Shown piece after piece: positions 42,804-52,896 of a DNA stretch of 53,940 nucleotides. Under the pieces are notes generated by a model. It was not told where the DNA came from and searched no databases. It saw only the letters and a list, made by a program, of their open reading frames with translations. Numbering within the stretch: position 1 is the first letter of the stretch; every line of letters starts with the position of its first letter. The DNA comes from a virus (taxonomy: Duplodnaviria; Caudoviricetes): positions 1 to 53,940 of the IMG/VR virus record IMGVR_UViG_3300049165_000108, one strand, 5' to 3'. A program made the position numbers and the translations under genes.

Positions 42804-44099
42804 GGGCGGCAGCCAGGGTCCGGTACCCAAGAACTTCTCCCAGACCTCCTGGAGGTACTCGACGATACGCTCCTCCATCGCCAGGGTCACCATGCTGTAG
42901 ACGCCCTCGACGCCCGGCAGTTCGTGGCCCATCCGGGCTTCTTTCGCCACGCGGGCGATGTCGGCTCCCGGCTCGTCCAGCAGCTCCCGATGCCAGTGCC
43001 GCAGCCGGTAGATGTCCTGGCCGGCCATCTCCTCGACGGCAGGCAGCTTGGGCCGGACGAACCGCTCGTAGCCCTTTCGCGGCTTCCGCTCGGGCGCGCC
43101 GTCCCGGATCGGGTGCCAGTAGTCCCGCTGGAAGTGCGCGGACTGGAGCGACTTGCCCATGTGCGACAGGAACACGAACGGCTTGTCGTGCGACGCCAGC
43201 AGCGCCGCGTGCATCTCGTGCAGGAATGGCGGGATCACCAGCGTGCGGTACGACTCGTACTTCGGACCCGCGAGGGTCGGTACTCGGGCCACGCTGTAGA
43301 GCTGGTGCTGCACCCGCAGCGCGTGCAGCTTCCCCCGGTACCGGTCCAGGCCTTCCTCGCGTCGCTCGTCGTCGGGGTCGGAGGCCGGCCAGTGCAGCGA
43401 CGTGTAGCCCCGCTGGAGTCCGTACATCTCCCCGGGAGGACGCATAGCAGTGAAGGCGATGGTCCAGATGTAGGTCCAGCCGGTGAAGCCCCAGACGTGG
43501 TACGCGTTGACGGCGAGCTTGTGCACGACCTCGATGGGCATGTGCCGCTTCTTCCGGCGCGTCTGCTTCTTGGTGTAGCGGCCTCGCCTGCTCTGCTCGA
43601 CGATCGGTGAATCGGCGCGCAGCTTGTACTTCAGGACGGCGTCCTGCATCAGCATCCGGAACAGGCCGCGCAGCTGGCTCGCGTAGTTCTGCGAGTACTT
43701 ACTCTCGATGCTGTTCTTCCACCGGTCGTACTCCGGCGGCGTGATGGCGCCGACCGCGCGCCCCGTCCAGTCGGGGACGATCACCGCGTTGAGCATCGAC
43801 TTGTACGTGTCCACCGAGTTCGGCCGCAGCTCGGCCGCCTCGAACCAGGTCCAGCAGTATTCCTCCATCGGCGTGCGGGCATCCGCACGCGGGATGTGTT
43901 TCCCGTGCCGGACATCGTGCTCTCGGTCGAGCCCGTAGTTGTACGCCTCCTCCTCATCCTGGAAGGGCACGCCTGGCTCGGGCCCGGAGGCCGACTCGTA
44001 GATCTTCGTTTTGGTGGGTTTGCCGTCAGGCCCGCGCTTGTACTCGCCACCCCACCACTTCACGCGGATGCTGTTGCCACGTCGTTCCACGTAGGGCAT
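42723..44099 (-). CDS. int: Tyrosine integrase
   Basis: Catalytic R (AMRPPGE), YRLRH, RMGH, Y (GVYS); N-terminal arm-binding region. Confidence 0.9.
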   Translation of the reverse strand: MPYVERRGNSIRVKWWGGEYKRGPDGKPTKTKIYESASGPEPGVPFQDEEEAYNYGLDREHDVRHGKHIPRADARTPMEEYCWTWFEAAELRPNSVDTYKSMLNAVIVPDWTGRAVGAITPPEYDRWKNSIESKYSQNYASQLRGLFRMLMQDAVLKYKLRADSPIVEQSRRGRYTKKQTRRKKRHMPIEVVHKLAVNAYHVWGFTGWTYIWTIAFTAMRPPGEMYGLQRGYTSLHWPASDPDDERREEGLDRYRGKLHALRVQHQLYSVARVPTLAGPKYESYRTLVIPPFLHEMHAALLASHDKPFVFLSHMGKSLQSAHFQRDYWHPIRDGAPERKPRKGYERFVRPKLPAVEEMAGQDIYRLRHWHRELLDEPGADIARVAKEARMGHELPGVEGVYSMVTLAMEERIVEYLQEVWEKFLGTGPWLPPFPIALPDDQRKGASPLFSNYPILDGD

Positions 44100-44138
44100 G
44101 CGCCCTCCCCCAGATCTGTTCTGGCAGGAGCGGACTCG

Positions 44139-44381
44139 TCAGCGGGCGTCTCCGCCTTCGGGGACTCCGTTGCTCCCGTCCAGCGTTGTGCCGACCAGGC
44201 ATCCACGGCATGTCCCGCAGTCGAGGCCGCGTCTCTGCATGAGGTGTCGTACGAGGGACCGAGTGCCGGCGTCTTGAATGGCCGTCGGGTTCAGGACGCA
44301 CAAGTTCGCGCCGTTGATCTCAAGTACGTCGGCGATGAAGCCGGGCTCCCGGTCGTACGTGATGGCTGTTGCTGTCGCCAT
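44139..44381 (-). CDS. Small Cys-cluster protein
   Basis: GGGGAC RBS; CGTCRGC. Confidence 0.6.
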   Translation of the reverse strand: MATATAITYDREPGFIADVLEINGANLCVLNPTAIQDAGTRSLVRHLMQRRGLDCGTCRGCLVGTTLDGSNGVPEGGDAR

Positions 44382-44523
44382 GTGTCCCCCATCGTCTCGG
44401 AAGCCCCCCAGGCGGTACGCCAGCGTTACATGTGGCAGAGGGTGACGACAGGGGTGATGACCGAAAATCCGGTCAACCTAGGTCACGATCCTATTACGGC
44501 AAAAGGTTGTACGTCAGCGGTCA

Positions 44524-44979
44524 TTACTTGTCCGACCCCGGAAGGAAACCCTGCCGGCGCAGCTCCTCCAGAATCCCGTCAGTCATGGCCTGATCCTCAC
44601 CGAGCGTGATATCCGGCCGAACCAGCCTCGTCCACTTCGTAATGGCCTCCCGAAGTGACGGCTCCAGTGCGCTTCGGTCGACAGGCACCGAGCGACCGGC
44701 GACGAAGAGCTCGCCGCCATCCAGCAGCATGATCGACTCTGCGCCATCCAGCACCGCACCGCACGACCCGGGCTGCATCCCGAAGCCCTCTTCGAGCTTC
44801 TTGTAGCTCAGCGGGTTGACCGAGTCGCCGTTCTCGATCTTCGTGTACGTCGTCACCGACATGCCGCAGCGCTTGGCTGCGACGCGCTTGTCCGTGATCC
44901 CGAGCGCCGCGCGCCGCTGGGTCACGAGGGATCCGAGTCTCCGCCTGTGACGGATGGTCTCTTCGCTGGTGGGCGCCAT
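44524..44979 (-). CDS. Immunity repressor (XRE HTH)
   Basis: HTH ...AAKRCGMSVTTYTKIENG; divergent from Cro-like gene. Confidence 0.75.
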   Translation of the reverse strand: MAPTSEETIRHRRRLGSLVTQRRAALGITDKRVAAKRCGMSVTTYTKIENGDSVNPLSYKKLEEGFGMQPGSCGAVLDGAESIMLLDGGELFVAGRSVPVDRSALEPSLREAITKWTRLVRPDITLGEDQAMTDGILEELRRQGFLPGSDK

Positions 44980-45090
44980 GCCGCACATGATGGCAGCTAC
45001 CTCTAGCTACCGCCAGAAATCTCCACCCCCATGACCGGATCCTGACGGAGTCTTGGCAGGCCAGAGCCCTACCTACTGGTGAGAGATGGA

Positions 45091-45127
45091 GATTTCTAGA
45101 GATTACTAGCGAGTATCACTAGTAATC
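45091..45127. promoter_or_regulatory. Lysis-lysogeny switch operator(s)
   Basis: GATTTCTAG, then GATTACTAG-N9-CTAGTAATC inverted repeat. Confidence 0.7.
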
Positions 45128-45155
45128 GCCACCTCCAGTCGCTAGGTTTCTCCAC

Positions 45156-45455
45156 ATGCACAGACCCCCAGCCACCTTCCAGGTGGACGGGGCGGCCATC
45201 CGCACACGCCGCATGGAGCTCGGTCTCACCCGAGACGCGTGCGCGGAGGTCGCCGGCATCAGCGGGCCCTACCTCAGCCAGCTGGAGACCGGCGCCCGAC
45301 GCGACATGCGGCCCCCCACCTACAAGCGCCTGCGCACCGCCCTGCAGATCCAGCAAGACGACCGCAGGCTCCTCGCCCCCGAGGAGCAACACGGAAAGGA
45401 CACCCATGCCTGCCACGAAGGCGCCGCCCGCCCGCACCCGGACGACGGCGGCTGA
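45156..45455 (+). CDS. Cro-like XRE HTH protein
   Basis: IRTRR..LGLT...AEVAGIS.PYLSQLETG; TAGGTT 7 nt before ATG (leaderless). Confidence 0.8.
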   Translation: MHRPPATFQVDGAAIRTRRMELGLTRDACAEVAGISGPYLSQLETGARRDMRPPTYKRLRTALQIQQDDRRLLAPEEQHGKDTHACHEGAARPHPDDGG

Positions 45456-45729
45456 GCCGGTCCTGGAGAACTTCTACAACCTCAAGCAGGCCACGATCCG
45501 GCTCGGCCTCGCCACCGAGGACCCCGAGGACAAGCGCGGCCAGGACTGGCTGCGGCGGGGCGTGAATCGCAAGCCCAGCCAGGGGCCGAAGTTCCCCTGC
45601 CATCGCATGGCCGGACAGCTGATGTTCAGCGACTCCGACCTCGCCGAGATCGCCGCGCTCATGCGCAACAAGGTCGACGGCCGTAGCAAGCCGCGCCGCC
45701 GCCGGCGCCCGGCCGCCGCCTCCTCCTGA
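45406..45729 (+). CDS. Excisionase-like DNA-binding protein
   Basis: FYNLKQA..RLG...WLR...FP.HR....L.FS..DL pattern. Confidence 0.55.
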   Translation: MPATKAPPARTRTTAAEPVLENFYNLKQATIRLGLATEDPEDKRGQDWLRRGVNRKPSQGPKFPCHRMAGQLMFSDSDLAEIAALMRNKVDGRSKPRRRRRPAAASS

Positions 45730-45817
45730 CCCCCTGAACGCGCCGAAGGGCCGCCCGCTTGCAGGCCCGGCGACCCCACGACTCGGCGCCTCCACCAGAG
45801 AGAAAGCAGAGGTCACC

Positions 45818-46201
45818 GTGACCACAGAGATTACCGTCCGCCCGCTCAGCGAGCGGTCCGCCTTCCACGCAGCGCTGGACGCCTGCGAGCGGAACGACTT
45901 CTCGTACCGCAGCACCGTCGACTACCACCAGCTGCCGCAGTCCGGGCACGTCGCCCACCAGGCCACGCCGACGGCGGTGCTGGTCACCGCGACGGACATC
46001 GACGTCCTCGGTGAGTGGCTGTACGTGATGGGCGGGACGGTCACGACCGTGGACCTGCCGTCGGGGCAGACGGCGTGGACGTTGCGCACGACGACGTGGT
46101 CGGACTCGCCGAAGTTTCCGCCGGTGCCGGTCTTGGTGACGGTGGTGTTGGTGACGGGCGCGTCGGTGATGCACGAGATCGCTGCGGCGGTGGCGGCATG
46201 A
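45818..46201 (+). CDS. Hypothetical protein
   Basis: GAGG RBS and GTG. Confidence 0.65.
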   Translation: MTTEITVRPLSERSAFHAALDACERNDFSYRSTVDYHQLPQSGHVAHQATPTAVLVTATDIDVLGEWLYVMGGTVTTVDLPSGQTAWTLRTTTWSDSPKFPPVPVLVTVVLVTGASVMHEIAAAVAA

Positions 46202-47184
46202 GCGACTCGATCATCGTCCGCGTCACGCTCGGCTCGTACGACGTGGTGCACCCGTCGGAGCAGCAGACGCAGGTGTACGTGCAGGTCCCTGAGGTGGCCC
46301 GCGCGTCGTGGCTGCTGGACGCCAGCTTCTACGGCCTTCTGAAGAACGAGCCGTGGCCGCATGTCGTGGACGAGGCGCACAACGACTACATGCGGCGCGG
46401 TGTGGTGTCGGATTCGGCGTCGACTGCCGCGCGGCAGGCGATCGTGGACTGGCTGCTCCTGAGCGAGGGCGCGGACTACGACGAGCGCTATGACGCCGTA
46501 TACGCGGCGTGGGAGGCGGACCAGGCACGGCAGCATCCGGTGGCGCGGAAGCTGCTGGAGCAGAACAAGCGGCTGACGGAGCAGCGGGATAACTGGAAGG
46601 CCAGCTTCGAGGCGGAGCGGCAGAGCCGGAACGAGGAACTCGGCCAGCACAACGAGGAGTTCCGGGCTGTCCGGGTTGCTGCCGATGGGTGGAAGGCTCG
46701 GGTCGCCGAGCTGGAGGCCGAGCCGCTCGCGTGGGCCGAGAAGCTCGATGCGAAGAGCCTTGAGAACTTCCTGATCGCGCTCAGCACGGCCATCGAGCAC
46801 GAGCCGATGGACGAGGCCATCGGCCGGATTCATGAGCTGATCCAGTCGTACCGCGAGGCGGACAGGATCACTCGGCGGATCGTGCCGGTGCAGGCCCTCC
46901 GCGAGAGCGAGCCCGCCGCCCTGCGCGCCGAGGACACCGCCGACATCCTCACCCTTGCCGACGCCCAGAGTGCGGATGCCCAGTACAACGCGGTGTTCCA
47001 GACGATCGAGCTGGAGCTGACGGCCACCCCGGACCAGTGGGCGGCGTGGCAGAAGCTCCTGATGGTCGACCTCGCCAGGACGACGAACCGGGGTAGCTGC
47101 GTCACCTCGCACGCCACTTGGCGCGGCATCCACGTCGTGATCCGCTGCTGGCTGGTCAAGCCCGAGACGGGCGGTGACGCCTGA
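46198..47184 (+). CDS. Hypothetical mosaic coiled-coil protein
   Basis: ATGA-coupled start; central heptads. Confidence 0.65.
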   Translation: MSDSIIVRVTLGSYDVVHPSEQQTQVYVQVPEVARASWLLDASFYGLLKNEPWPHVVDEAHNDYMRRGVVSDSASTAARQAIVDWLLLSEGADYDERYDAVYAAWEADQARQHPVARKLLEQNKRLTEQRDNWKASFEAERQSRNEELGQHNEEFRAVRVAADGWKARVAELEAEPLAWAEKLDAKSLENFLIALSTAIEHEPMDEAIGRIHELIQSYREADRITRRIVPVQALRESEPAALRAEDTADILTLADAQSADAQYNAVFQTIELELTATPDQWAAWQKLLMVDLARTTNRGSCVTSHATWRGIHVVIRCWLVKPETGGDA

Positions 47185-47728
47185 TGGCCACCCCCGACCC
47201 CACCAAGCATCTGGTCGGCTACGGCCGCCGCGACACCGCGACGGGCATGCTGCACGGCCACGTCCGCTGGCCGCACGGCACCACCCCGGCGCCCTTCGGC
47301 TGCCGCTGGTGCGGCCTTGAGCAGCGCTTCCACGGGAACCGATTCCTTCCCCGCCGGGGCTTCCACCGCTGGGAGCAGCCGACGCAGGCGCAGATCAAGG
47401 TGCGCATGCTCGCCCGCCGGGCGGTACGCAAGGCCGTGTGCCGGTGCCCGCTGGACGACGAGTGGCGTCCGTTCGCCCCGGTCTTCGACCCGTACATGTG
47501 CGAGGCGGCCGACTGCCACGGCTACACCTCCGAGTTGAACCCGTTCGGGGGCGGGCGCTCGGTCCACGAGCCGAGCGCCGAGGTGTCCCGGAAGTGCAGT
47601 CAGTGCGGCTGGCGCACGTCCGTCTGGCACGTGGACGACGGGTCGGCCGAGGAGGAGCTTCACGGCCACGTCACCCGGGTTCACGGCAGCGCCGCTCCGG
47701 CCGCCGAGGCAGGTGACGCCTGATGGCC
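47173..47728 (+). repeat. 17-bp direct repeats GGTGACGCCTGATGGCC flanking one gene
   Basis: 47173-47189 and 47712-47728. Confidence 0.9.
47184..47723 (+). CDS. Cys/His-rich hypothetical protein
   Basis: CRWC, CSQC motifs; TGATG-coupled. Confidence 0.65.
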   Translation: MATPDPTKHLVGYGRRDTATGMLHGHVRWPHGTTPAPFGCRWCGLEQRFHGNRFLPRRGFHRWEQPTQAQIKVRMLARRAVRKAVCRCPLDDEWRPFAPVFDPYMCEAADCHGYTSELNPFGGGRSVHEPSAEVSRKCSQCGWRTSVWHVDDGSAEEELHGHVTRVHGSAAPAAEAGDA

Positions 47729-48019
47729 GCCGACCTCAACGAGTGGGCCGCCGCGATCAGCTTCGGCACCGCAAGCTACGCCGCCCTCAGCATCCCGGTC
47801 TTCCTCCTCATCGACGCCGACCCCGCCGACTTCGACCCGCGCCCGGCCGTACGTCGCGCGATCGAGTCCGGCCGCCTCGACCCCGCGCTGATCGCCGTCA
47901 CCAACGCCCGGCACACCACCCGGGCCACCGCCGACCGCGCCCGCCACATCCCGCGAGACACCGCGCTCACCGCCGCCGCGCTCCTCGCCCTCACCATCCC
48001 GACGGGGGACCCCCGATGA
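47723..48019 (+). CDS. Hypothetical membrane-associated protein
   Basis: Hydrophobic N- and C-terminal segments. Confidence 0.6.
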   Translation: MAADLNEWAAAISFGTASYAALSIPVFLLIDADPADFDPRPAVRRAIESGRLDPALIAVTNARHTTRATADRARHIPRDTALTAAALLALTIPTGDPR

Positions 48020-48396
48020 CCCAGTCCACCAACCCCCAGCTGTCGTTCGAACTCCGCTCCGACTGGCTCGCCGGCCACCTCCGCGCCGACCAGATCCGCA
48101 CCGACACGCTCGTCCAGCTCGTCGCCCAGTGGGCCGACCCGGACGCCCGAGACGAGGTCCTGGACGCCCTCGACAACCTGGCCGCCGTCGTCCAGGGCAC
48201 GGCCCGTGAGGGCGAGTTGGACGCCGCGGTTGAGGCCGTGGAGTCCGCGGCGTCGATGGAGACGGCCCGCATCGAGATCGACGGGTGGACCGCGCGCCGA
48301 CTGTTCGCCGAGCTGGCCGACGTCGCGTCGAAGCTCAACCGCTTCAACCCGCTCGGCACCCGCGCTCAGGCGCAGGAGCGGAGGCAGACCGCATGA
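48016..48396 (+). CDS. Hypothetical protein
   Basis: ATGA-coupled. Confidence 0.65.
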   Translation: MTQSTNPQLSFELRSDWLAGHLRADQIRTDTLVQLVAQWADPDARDEVLDALDNLAAVVQGTAREGELDAAVEAVESAASMETARIEIDGWTARRLFAELADVASKLNRFNPLGTRAQAQERRQTA

Positions 48397-48803
48397 GTGC
48401 GACGCCCGAGAACTACCCCGGCGAGTTGGAGATGTTCCGCGGCCTGGTCCGCGTGCTCCGCGTCGCCGCCCGCAACGAGGACATGCCCGAGGTTCAGCGG
48501 CTGCTGTGGGAGCACGCCAGCGACGAGGCCGCCGCGTACGAGCAGGCCGGGGAGACGCCCGACCGCACGGCCGCCGACCTGGAACGGCAGGCCGCACTCA
48601 TGGCCGGCATCCGTAAAGAGCCCGCCCGCCGCTGGAAGTCCGGACGCGCCGTCGGTCTCCTGCGCAGGCTCGGCTACCACCCCATCAGCCCCCGCACCGC
48701 ATCCCGCGACCTCGCGGCCCTGGCGGCGGCTGGGCTGCTCGTGATGCACGAGGAGACGGGCGTGCGCTTCTACACCGTCGCGCGGCGAGGAGGCACACAG
48801 TGA
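48393..48803 (+). CDS. Hypothetical protein with C-terminal wHTH-like motif
   Basis: RTASRDLAALAAAGLL. Confidence 0.6.
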   Translation: MSATPENYPGELEMFRGLVRVLRVAARNEDMPEVQRLLWEHASDEAAAYEQAGETPDRTAADLERQAALMAGIRKEPARRWKSGRAVGLLRRLGYHPISPRTASRDLAALAAAGLLVMHEETGVRFYTVARRGGTQ

Positions 48804-49252
48804 ACGCAGCAGCTCAGGTCCGGTTCTGGGCCAAAGTGGAGCGCGGCAGCGCTGACGAGTGCTGGTTGTGGACGGCTTCCAAGAGGAAGAACACCGGCTA
48901 CGGCCAGTTCCACGAAGGCGGCCCCGGGGATCGTGTCCGCAACGCCCACCGAGTGGCCTACGAGCTCCTCGTCGGCGATGTCCCCGAGGGCCTTCAACTC
49001 GATCACCTCTGCCGCAACCGGGCGTGCGTGAACCCGGCGCACATGGAGCCGGTGACATCCGCCGAGAACACGCGCCGCGGGATGTCCCCGACGATCGTGG
49101 CGGCCCGCGAGAACCGCTGCCTCCGAGGCCACGAGTTCACCCCGGAGAACACGATCCGCAAGCCCGATCGCCCGTGGCGAACGTGCCGCATCTGTACCAA
49201 CGCAGCGGCGCGCGCCCGGCGGGCGGCCAGAAAGGCGGGAAGCCGTGCCTGA
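48800..49252 (+). CDS. HNH endonuclease
   Basis: RFWAKV, CWLW, AHRVAY, DHLCRNRACVNPAH...EN. Confidence 0.9.
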   Translation: MNAAAQVRFWAKVERGSADECWLWTASKRKNTGYGQFHEGGPGDRVRNAHRVAYELLVGDVPEGLQLDHLCRNRACVNPAHMEPVTSAENTRRGMSPTIVAARENRCLRGHEFTPENTIRKPDRPWRTCRICTNAAARARRAARKAGSRA

Positions 49253-49481
49253 GCAGACCACCCGCCGCCAGTACCTCCTCGCCGCCATAACGGCCCACGG
49301 CCGGCCGGTCACCACCCAGCTCGCCGAGCAGCTCCTCACCGGGACCTGGCCGACGTACGGACGGAACACCGCGCGGAAGGACCTGCGGGGCCTGGCCCGA
49401 GCCGGGCTCCTCCTCGCCACCGCCGCCTCCGACGGCCGCACCACCTACCACCTCACCACCCAGCACACGGGGGACCGATGA
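49245..49481 (+). CDS. Small wHTH-like protein
   Basis: RNTARKDLRGLARAGLL. Confidence 0.6.
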   Translation: MPEQTTRRQYLLAAITAHGRPVTTQLAEQLLTGTWPTYGRNTARKDLRGLARAGLLLATAASDGRTTYHLTTQHTGDR

Positions 49482-49843
49482 TCACCGTCACGGACATGCG
49501 GGAGCACGTCCTCACCGCCGCCGAAAAGTACGACCTGCCCCTCAGCATCAAGCAGGCCGACGTCCTCTCCAACCACCTGGCCGTGTACGCCAGCCAGGGC
49601 ACCGCCCGCAAGGCCCGCCTCACGGACTGCCAGCTCGCCACCCTCGTCGGCCTGGCGAGCGGGGAGTCCGCCAAGGAGACCGGGCGGCGGATCGGCCGGA
49701 CCGAGAACACGGTAAAGACGCACCGCCGGAGGCTGTACAAGGCGCTCGGCGCCCGGTCCGGGGCGCACGCGGTGGCTATCGCGATCGCCACCGGGCTGCT
49801 CCGCGCCCCGCAGCCGAAGACGGCGTCGGGGGGCGACGCCTGA
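49478..49843 (+). CDS. LuxR-type HTH regulator
   Basis: LT..Q...L.GLASG...TVKTH...LY.ALGARS.AHAV. Confidence 0.85.
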   Translation: MITVTDMREHVLTAAEKYDLPLSIKQADVLSNHLAVYASQGTARKARLTDCQLATLVGLASGESAKETGRRIGRTENTVKTHRRRLYKALGARSGAHAVAIAIATGLLRAPQPKTASGGDA

Positions 49844-50889
49844 TGAGCACGAGCACGACGGTCGGGGCTCAGGCCCCGGCCGCCGGCCGCCGGGTCACCC
49901 CCACCGGCCGGCTCATCCTCCCCGCCGACGCCGACCGCGCCGCCTGGCTCACCGCACGCCGCGCAGGGATCGGCTCCAGCGACATCGCCGCGATCCTCGG
50001 CATCAGCCGCTACGGCAACGCCCTGTCCGTCTACCACGACAAGACCGGCGGCCTCCCGCTGGAGTCCGACGACTCCGAACCCGCCCTGTGGGGGCGCGCG
50101 TTCGAGGAGACCGTCGCCCGCGAGTGGGCCCGCCGCAACCGCTCGGTGGTCCGTCGCGTCGGCCTCGTTGCCAACGTCGACCGGCCGCACGAGATGTGCA
50201 CTCTGGACCGCCGCGTCCTGGAGTGCCCGCTCGCCGACGGCGCCGAGAAGTGCGCGGTCGAGATCAAGTGCCGCGACAAGATGAAGGCCTCCCAGTTCCG
50301 GGCCGGTGTCGCCGACGACGTCCTGGTGCAGACGCTCTGGCAGGCGATCGTCTGCGGCTTCGACCACGTCCACGCCGCGGTCCTCATCGGCGGCAACGAC
50401 TACCGGCAGTACGTGATCCGCGTGCGCGACCACGCCCAGCTCGTGGACGACCTGCGGGCAGCCGGTGAGCGGGCGTGGCAGCAGATCACCGAGCGGCGCC
50501 CGCCGGTCCTTGCCCAGGACGCCGACCCGGACGTCCTCCTCGACCTGTACGGCCGTCTTCACCCGGAGCGCGCCGGGGTCGTGGACATCACCCGGGACGT
50601 GGAGACGCAGGAGGCCGTCGAGGAGTACCTCGACGCGCACGCCGACTACGCCGCTGCGGAGAAGCGGAAGAAGGCCGCGAAGGCCCGCATCCTCGCCGGG
50701 CTCGGCGGCGCCGAGGCCGCCACGGTTCTCGACCGGGTCCACGTGTCGCTCGACGAGCGCTCCAAGGAGTGGACCGACACGAAGCGGCTCGCCGAGCGCT
50801 GGCCGGAGGCGTACGCCGACTGCGTCGAGGACCGGTCGTACCGCCAGATCAATATCCCCCGCTCTGTCCGTGAGGAGCACAACGCATGA
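49843..50889 (+). CDS. YqaJ-like (lambda Exo family) exonuclease
   Basis: WL.ARR.GIGSSD, LD...EIK. Confidence 0.9.
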   Translation: MSTSTTVGAQAPAAGRRVTPTGRLILPADADRAAWLTARRAGIGSSDIAAILGISRYGNALSVYHDKTGGLPLESDDSEPALWGRAFEETVAREWARRNRSVVRRVGLVANVDRPHEMCTLDRRVLECPLADGAEKCAVEIKCRDKMKASQFRAGVADDVLVQTLWQAIVCGFDHVHAAVLIGGNDYRQYVIRVRDHAQLVDDLRAAGERAWQQITERRPPVLAQDADPDVLLDLYGRLHPERAGVVDITRDVETQEAVEEYLDAHADYAAAEKRKKAAKARILAGLGGAEAATVLDRVHVSLDERSKEWTDTKRLAERWPEAYADCVEDRSYRQINIPRSVREEHNA

Positions 50890-51674
50890 GCACGATCGCT
50901 GAGCGGGCCGCGGCTGCGGCCGGCCGCACCCTGAAGACCGACGAACTCCTCGAGGAGATGGCCGCCGAGCGGGCGCCCGAGGAGTACACCCCCGCTCCGG
51001 ACCCGATGGCCGACTACGAGCCCGGCGACGACGACCCGGAGCAGGTCCCGGTCGGCGTCGCGTGGCTCCGCGTCCGCCGAGACATCCGCGCCATCAGCAA
51101 GCGCGAGCAGTACAACCAGGCAGGCACCCGCTTCAACTTCCGCGGCGTCGACACCGTCGTCAACGTCTTCGGCCCGGTCACCCTGAAGCACGGCGTCAAC
51201 GTCATGTCCTCCAAGGTCGAGGCCACCTACGGCGAGAAGACCACCGCCAAGGGCACCAAGATGCGGGAGTGTTCCGTCCTCGTCACCTGGACGATCATGG
51301 GGCCGCTGGGTGACACGCTCACCCTCCAGACGATGGGCGAAGCCCTCGACACCGCCGACAAGGCGACGACCAAGGCGCAGTCCGTCGCGCTGCGGACGCT
51401 CCTCCTCGGCTTCGGTCTGACGCCGACCCACGACAAGGACCCGGACGCCGACCGTATCGAGCGGGGCAACGAGGCGCCGGCTCGGTCGGCGGAGTCGTAC
51501 CGCGACGAGATCCTCGACAAGAAGACGTCGCCCGGCCGGTTGCAGCAGATCAGCTACGAGCTGACCAACCTGCGGATGCTCGGCACGAAGGTCACCAACG
51601 AGACGGGCGAGCAGGAGACGCTCGACTCCCTCGGCCGGCGGGTCTACGGCGAGCGCACTGGCGGTGGCCAGTGA
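50886..51674 (+). CDS. ERF-family ssDNA annealing protein
   Basis: [26 protein letters not shown]. Confidence 0.85.
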   Translation: MSTIAERAAAAAGRTLKTDELLEEMAAERAPEEYTPAPDPMADYEPGDDDPEQVPVGVAWLRVRRDIRAISKREQYNQAGTRFNFRGVDTVVNVFGPVTLKHGVNVMSSKVEATYGEKTTAKGTKMRECSVLVTWTIMGPLGDTLTLQTMGEALDTADKATTKAQSVALRTLLLGFGLTPTHDKDPDADRIERGNEAPARSAESYRDEILDKKTSPGRLQQISYELTNLRMLGTKVTNETGEQETLDSLGRRVYGERTGGGQ

Positions 51675-52147
51675 GCGCCTTCACTGCCATCAACTGCGAG
51701 TGCTGCGGAACGGCCTTCAGCCCGGCCAAGAAGTCGACGCGCTTCTGCTCCGTCTCGTGCGCGGCCAAGAACCGGGCGCCGCGCCGCGGGGCGGACAACC
51801 CGAACTGGCGCGGAGGGAAGACCGAGCACCCGCTCTACGAGACGTACCTGGACATGGTGGCGCGCTGCACGCGCCACAGCCACCACGCCTACGCCCGATA
51901 CGGGGGCCGCGGCATCACGGTCTGTGAGCGCTGGCGCTCCGACTTCTGGGCCTTCGTCGCCGATATGGGCGACCGCCCGGCCGGCATGAGCATCGACCGG
52001 ATCGACAACGACGGCCCCTACGCCCCGGGCAACTGCCGCTGGGCGGACCAGTCCACGCAGTCCAAGAACCGGCGACCCTCCGCGTACTCCGGATCCACCC
52101 GCGATGCGGTCACCGGCCGCTTCCTTCCGAAGGGAGTGGCGGCGTGA
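51671..52147 (+). CDS. HNH endonuclease with N-terminal Zn finger
   Basis: CECC...FCSVSC; [12 protein letters not shown]; [16 protein letters not shown]. Confidence 0.85.
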   Translation: MSAFTAINCECCGTAFSPAKKSTRFCSVSCAAKNRAPRRGADNPNWRGGKTEHPLYETYLDMVARCTRHSHHAYARYGGRGITVCERWRSDFWAFVADMGDRPAGMSIDRIDNDGPYAPGNCRWADQSTQSKNRRPSAYSGSTRDAVTGRFLPKGVAA

Positions 52148-52896
52148 AGTTCGCCGACATCCGCAAACTGGCATGGGACACGGAAACAACGGGCCCGAAC
52201 CCGCTGGAGGATCGCGTCGTCACCGCGGCGATCGTCGTCCGCGGCGGCGGCCGCGAAGACCGCCTCTTCTCCTGGCTGATCAACCCGGGCGTCCCGATCC
52301 CGGCCGAGGCCTCCGAGGTCCACGGCATCACCGACGCCATGGTGCAGGCCGACGGCCAGGACGCGAAGACCGCCCTCGACGAGATCGCCACCAACCTCGT
52401 ACGGGCCGTCGAGTGGAGCATGCCGGTCGTCGCGTTCAACCAGTCCTTCGACTGGTCGATCCTCCACTACGACCTGGTGCGTAACGGGCTCCCGACGGTC
52501 GAGGAGCGTGTGGGACTGCACCCGCTGCCCCTGCTCGACCCGCACGTCATCGACAAGCAGTGCGTCCAGCGGCTGCGTGGCAAGGGCATGCGGAAGCTGA
52601 AGCCGACCGCCGAACGGCACGGCGTGCAGCTGGAGGACTGGCACACCGCCGAGGCCGACGCGCTCGCCGCGCTCCTCATCACCGAGGCCCAGTTCGCCCG
52701 GTACCCGCAGCTGAACGACATGGGCCCGGCCCAGCTGTTCGCCGCGCAGAAGGCCTGGCGGGCGGAGCAGCAGGCCGGCCTCCAGGAGTGGTTCCGCACC
52801 CGGGCCACGCCGGAGCAGGGCGGCGACCCGAACAAGGTGATCGACGGCTCATGGCCGCTGATCCCGGCGCAGCGCGAAGCTGGTGACGCCTCGTGA
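52144..52896 (+). CDS. DnaQ-like 3'-5' exonuclease (DEDDh)
   Basis: DTETTG, FN..FD, H.AEAD. Confidence 0.92.
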   Translation: MKFADIRKLAWDTETTGPNPLEDRVVTAAIVVRGGGREDRLFSWLINPGVPIPAEASEVHGITDAMVQADGQDAKTALDEIATNLVRAVEWSMPVVAFNQSFDWSILHYDLVRNGLPTVEERVGLHPLPLLDPHVIDKQCVQRLRGKGMRKLKPTAERHGVQLEDWHTAEADALAALLITEAQFARYPQLNDMGPAQLFAAQKAWRAEQQAGLQEWFRTRATPEQGGDPNKVIDGSWPLIPAQREAGDAS

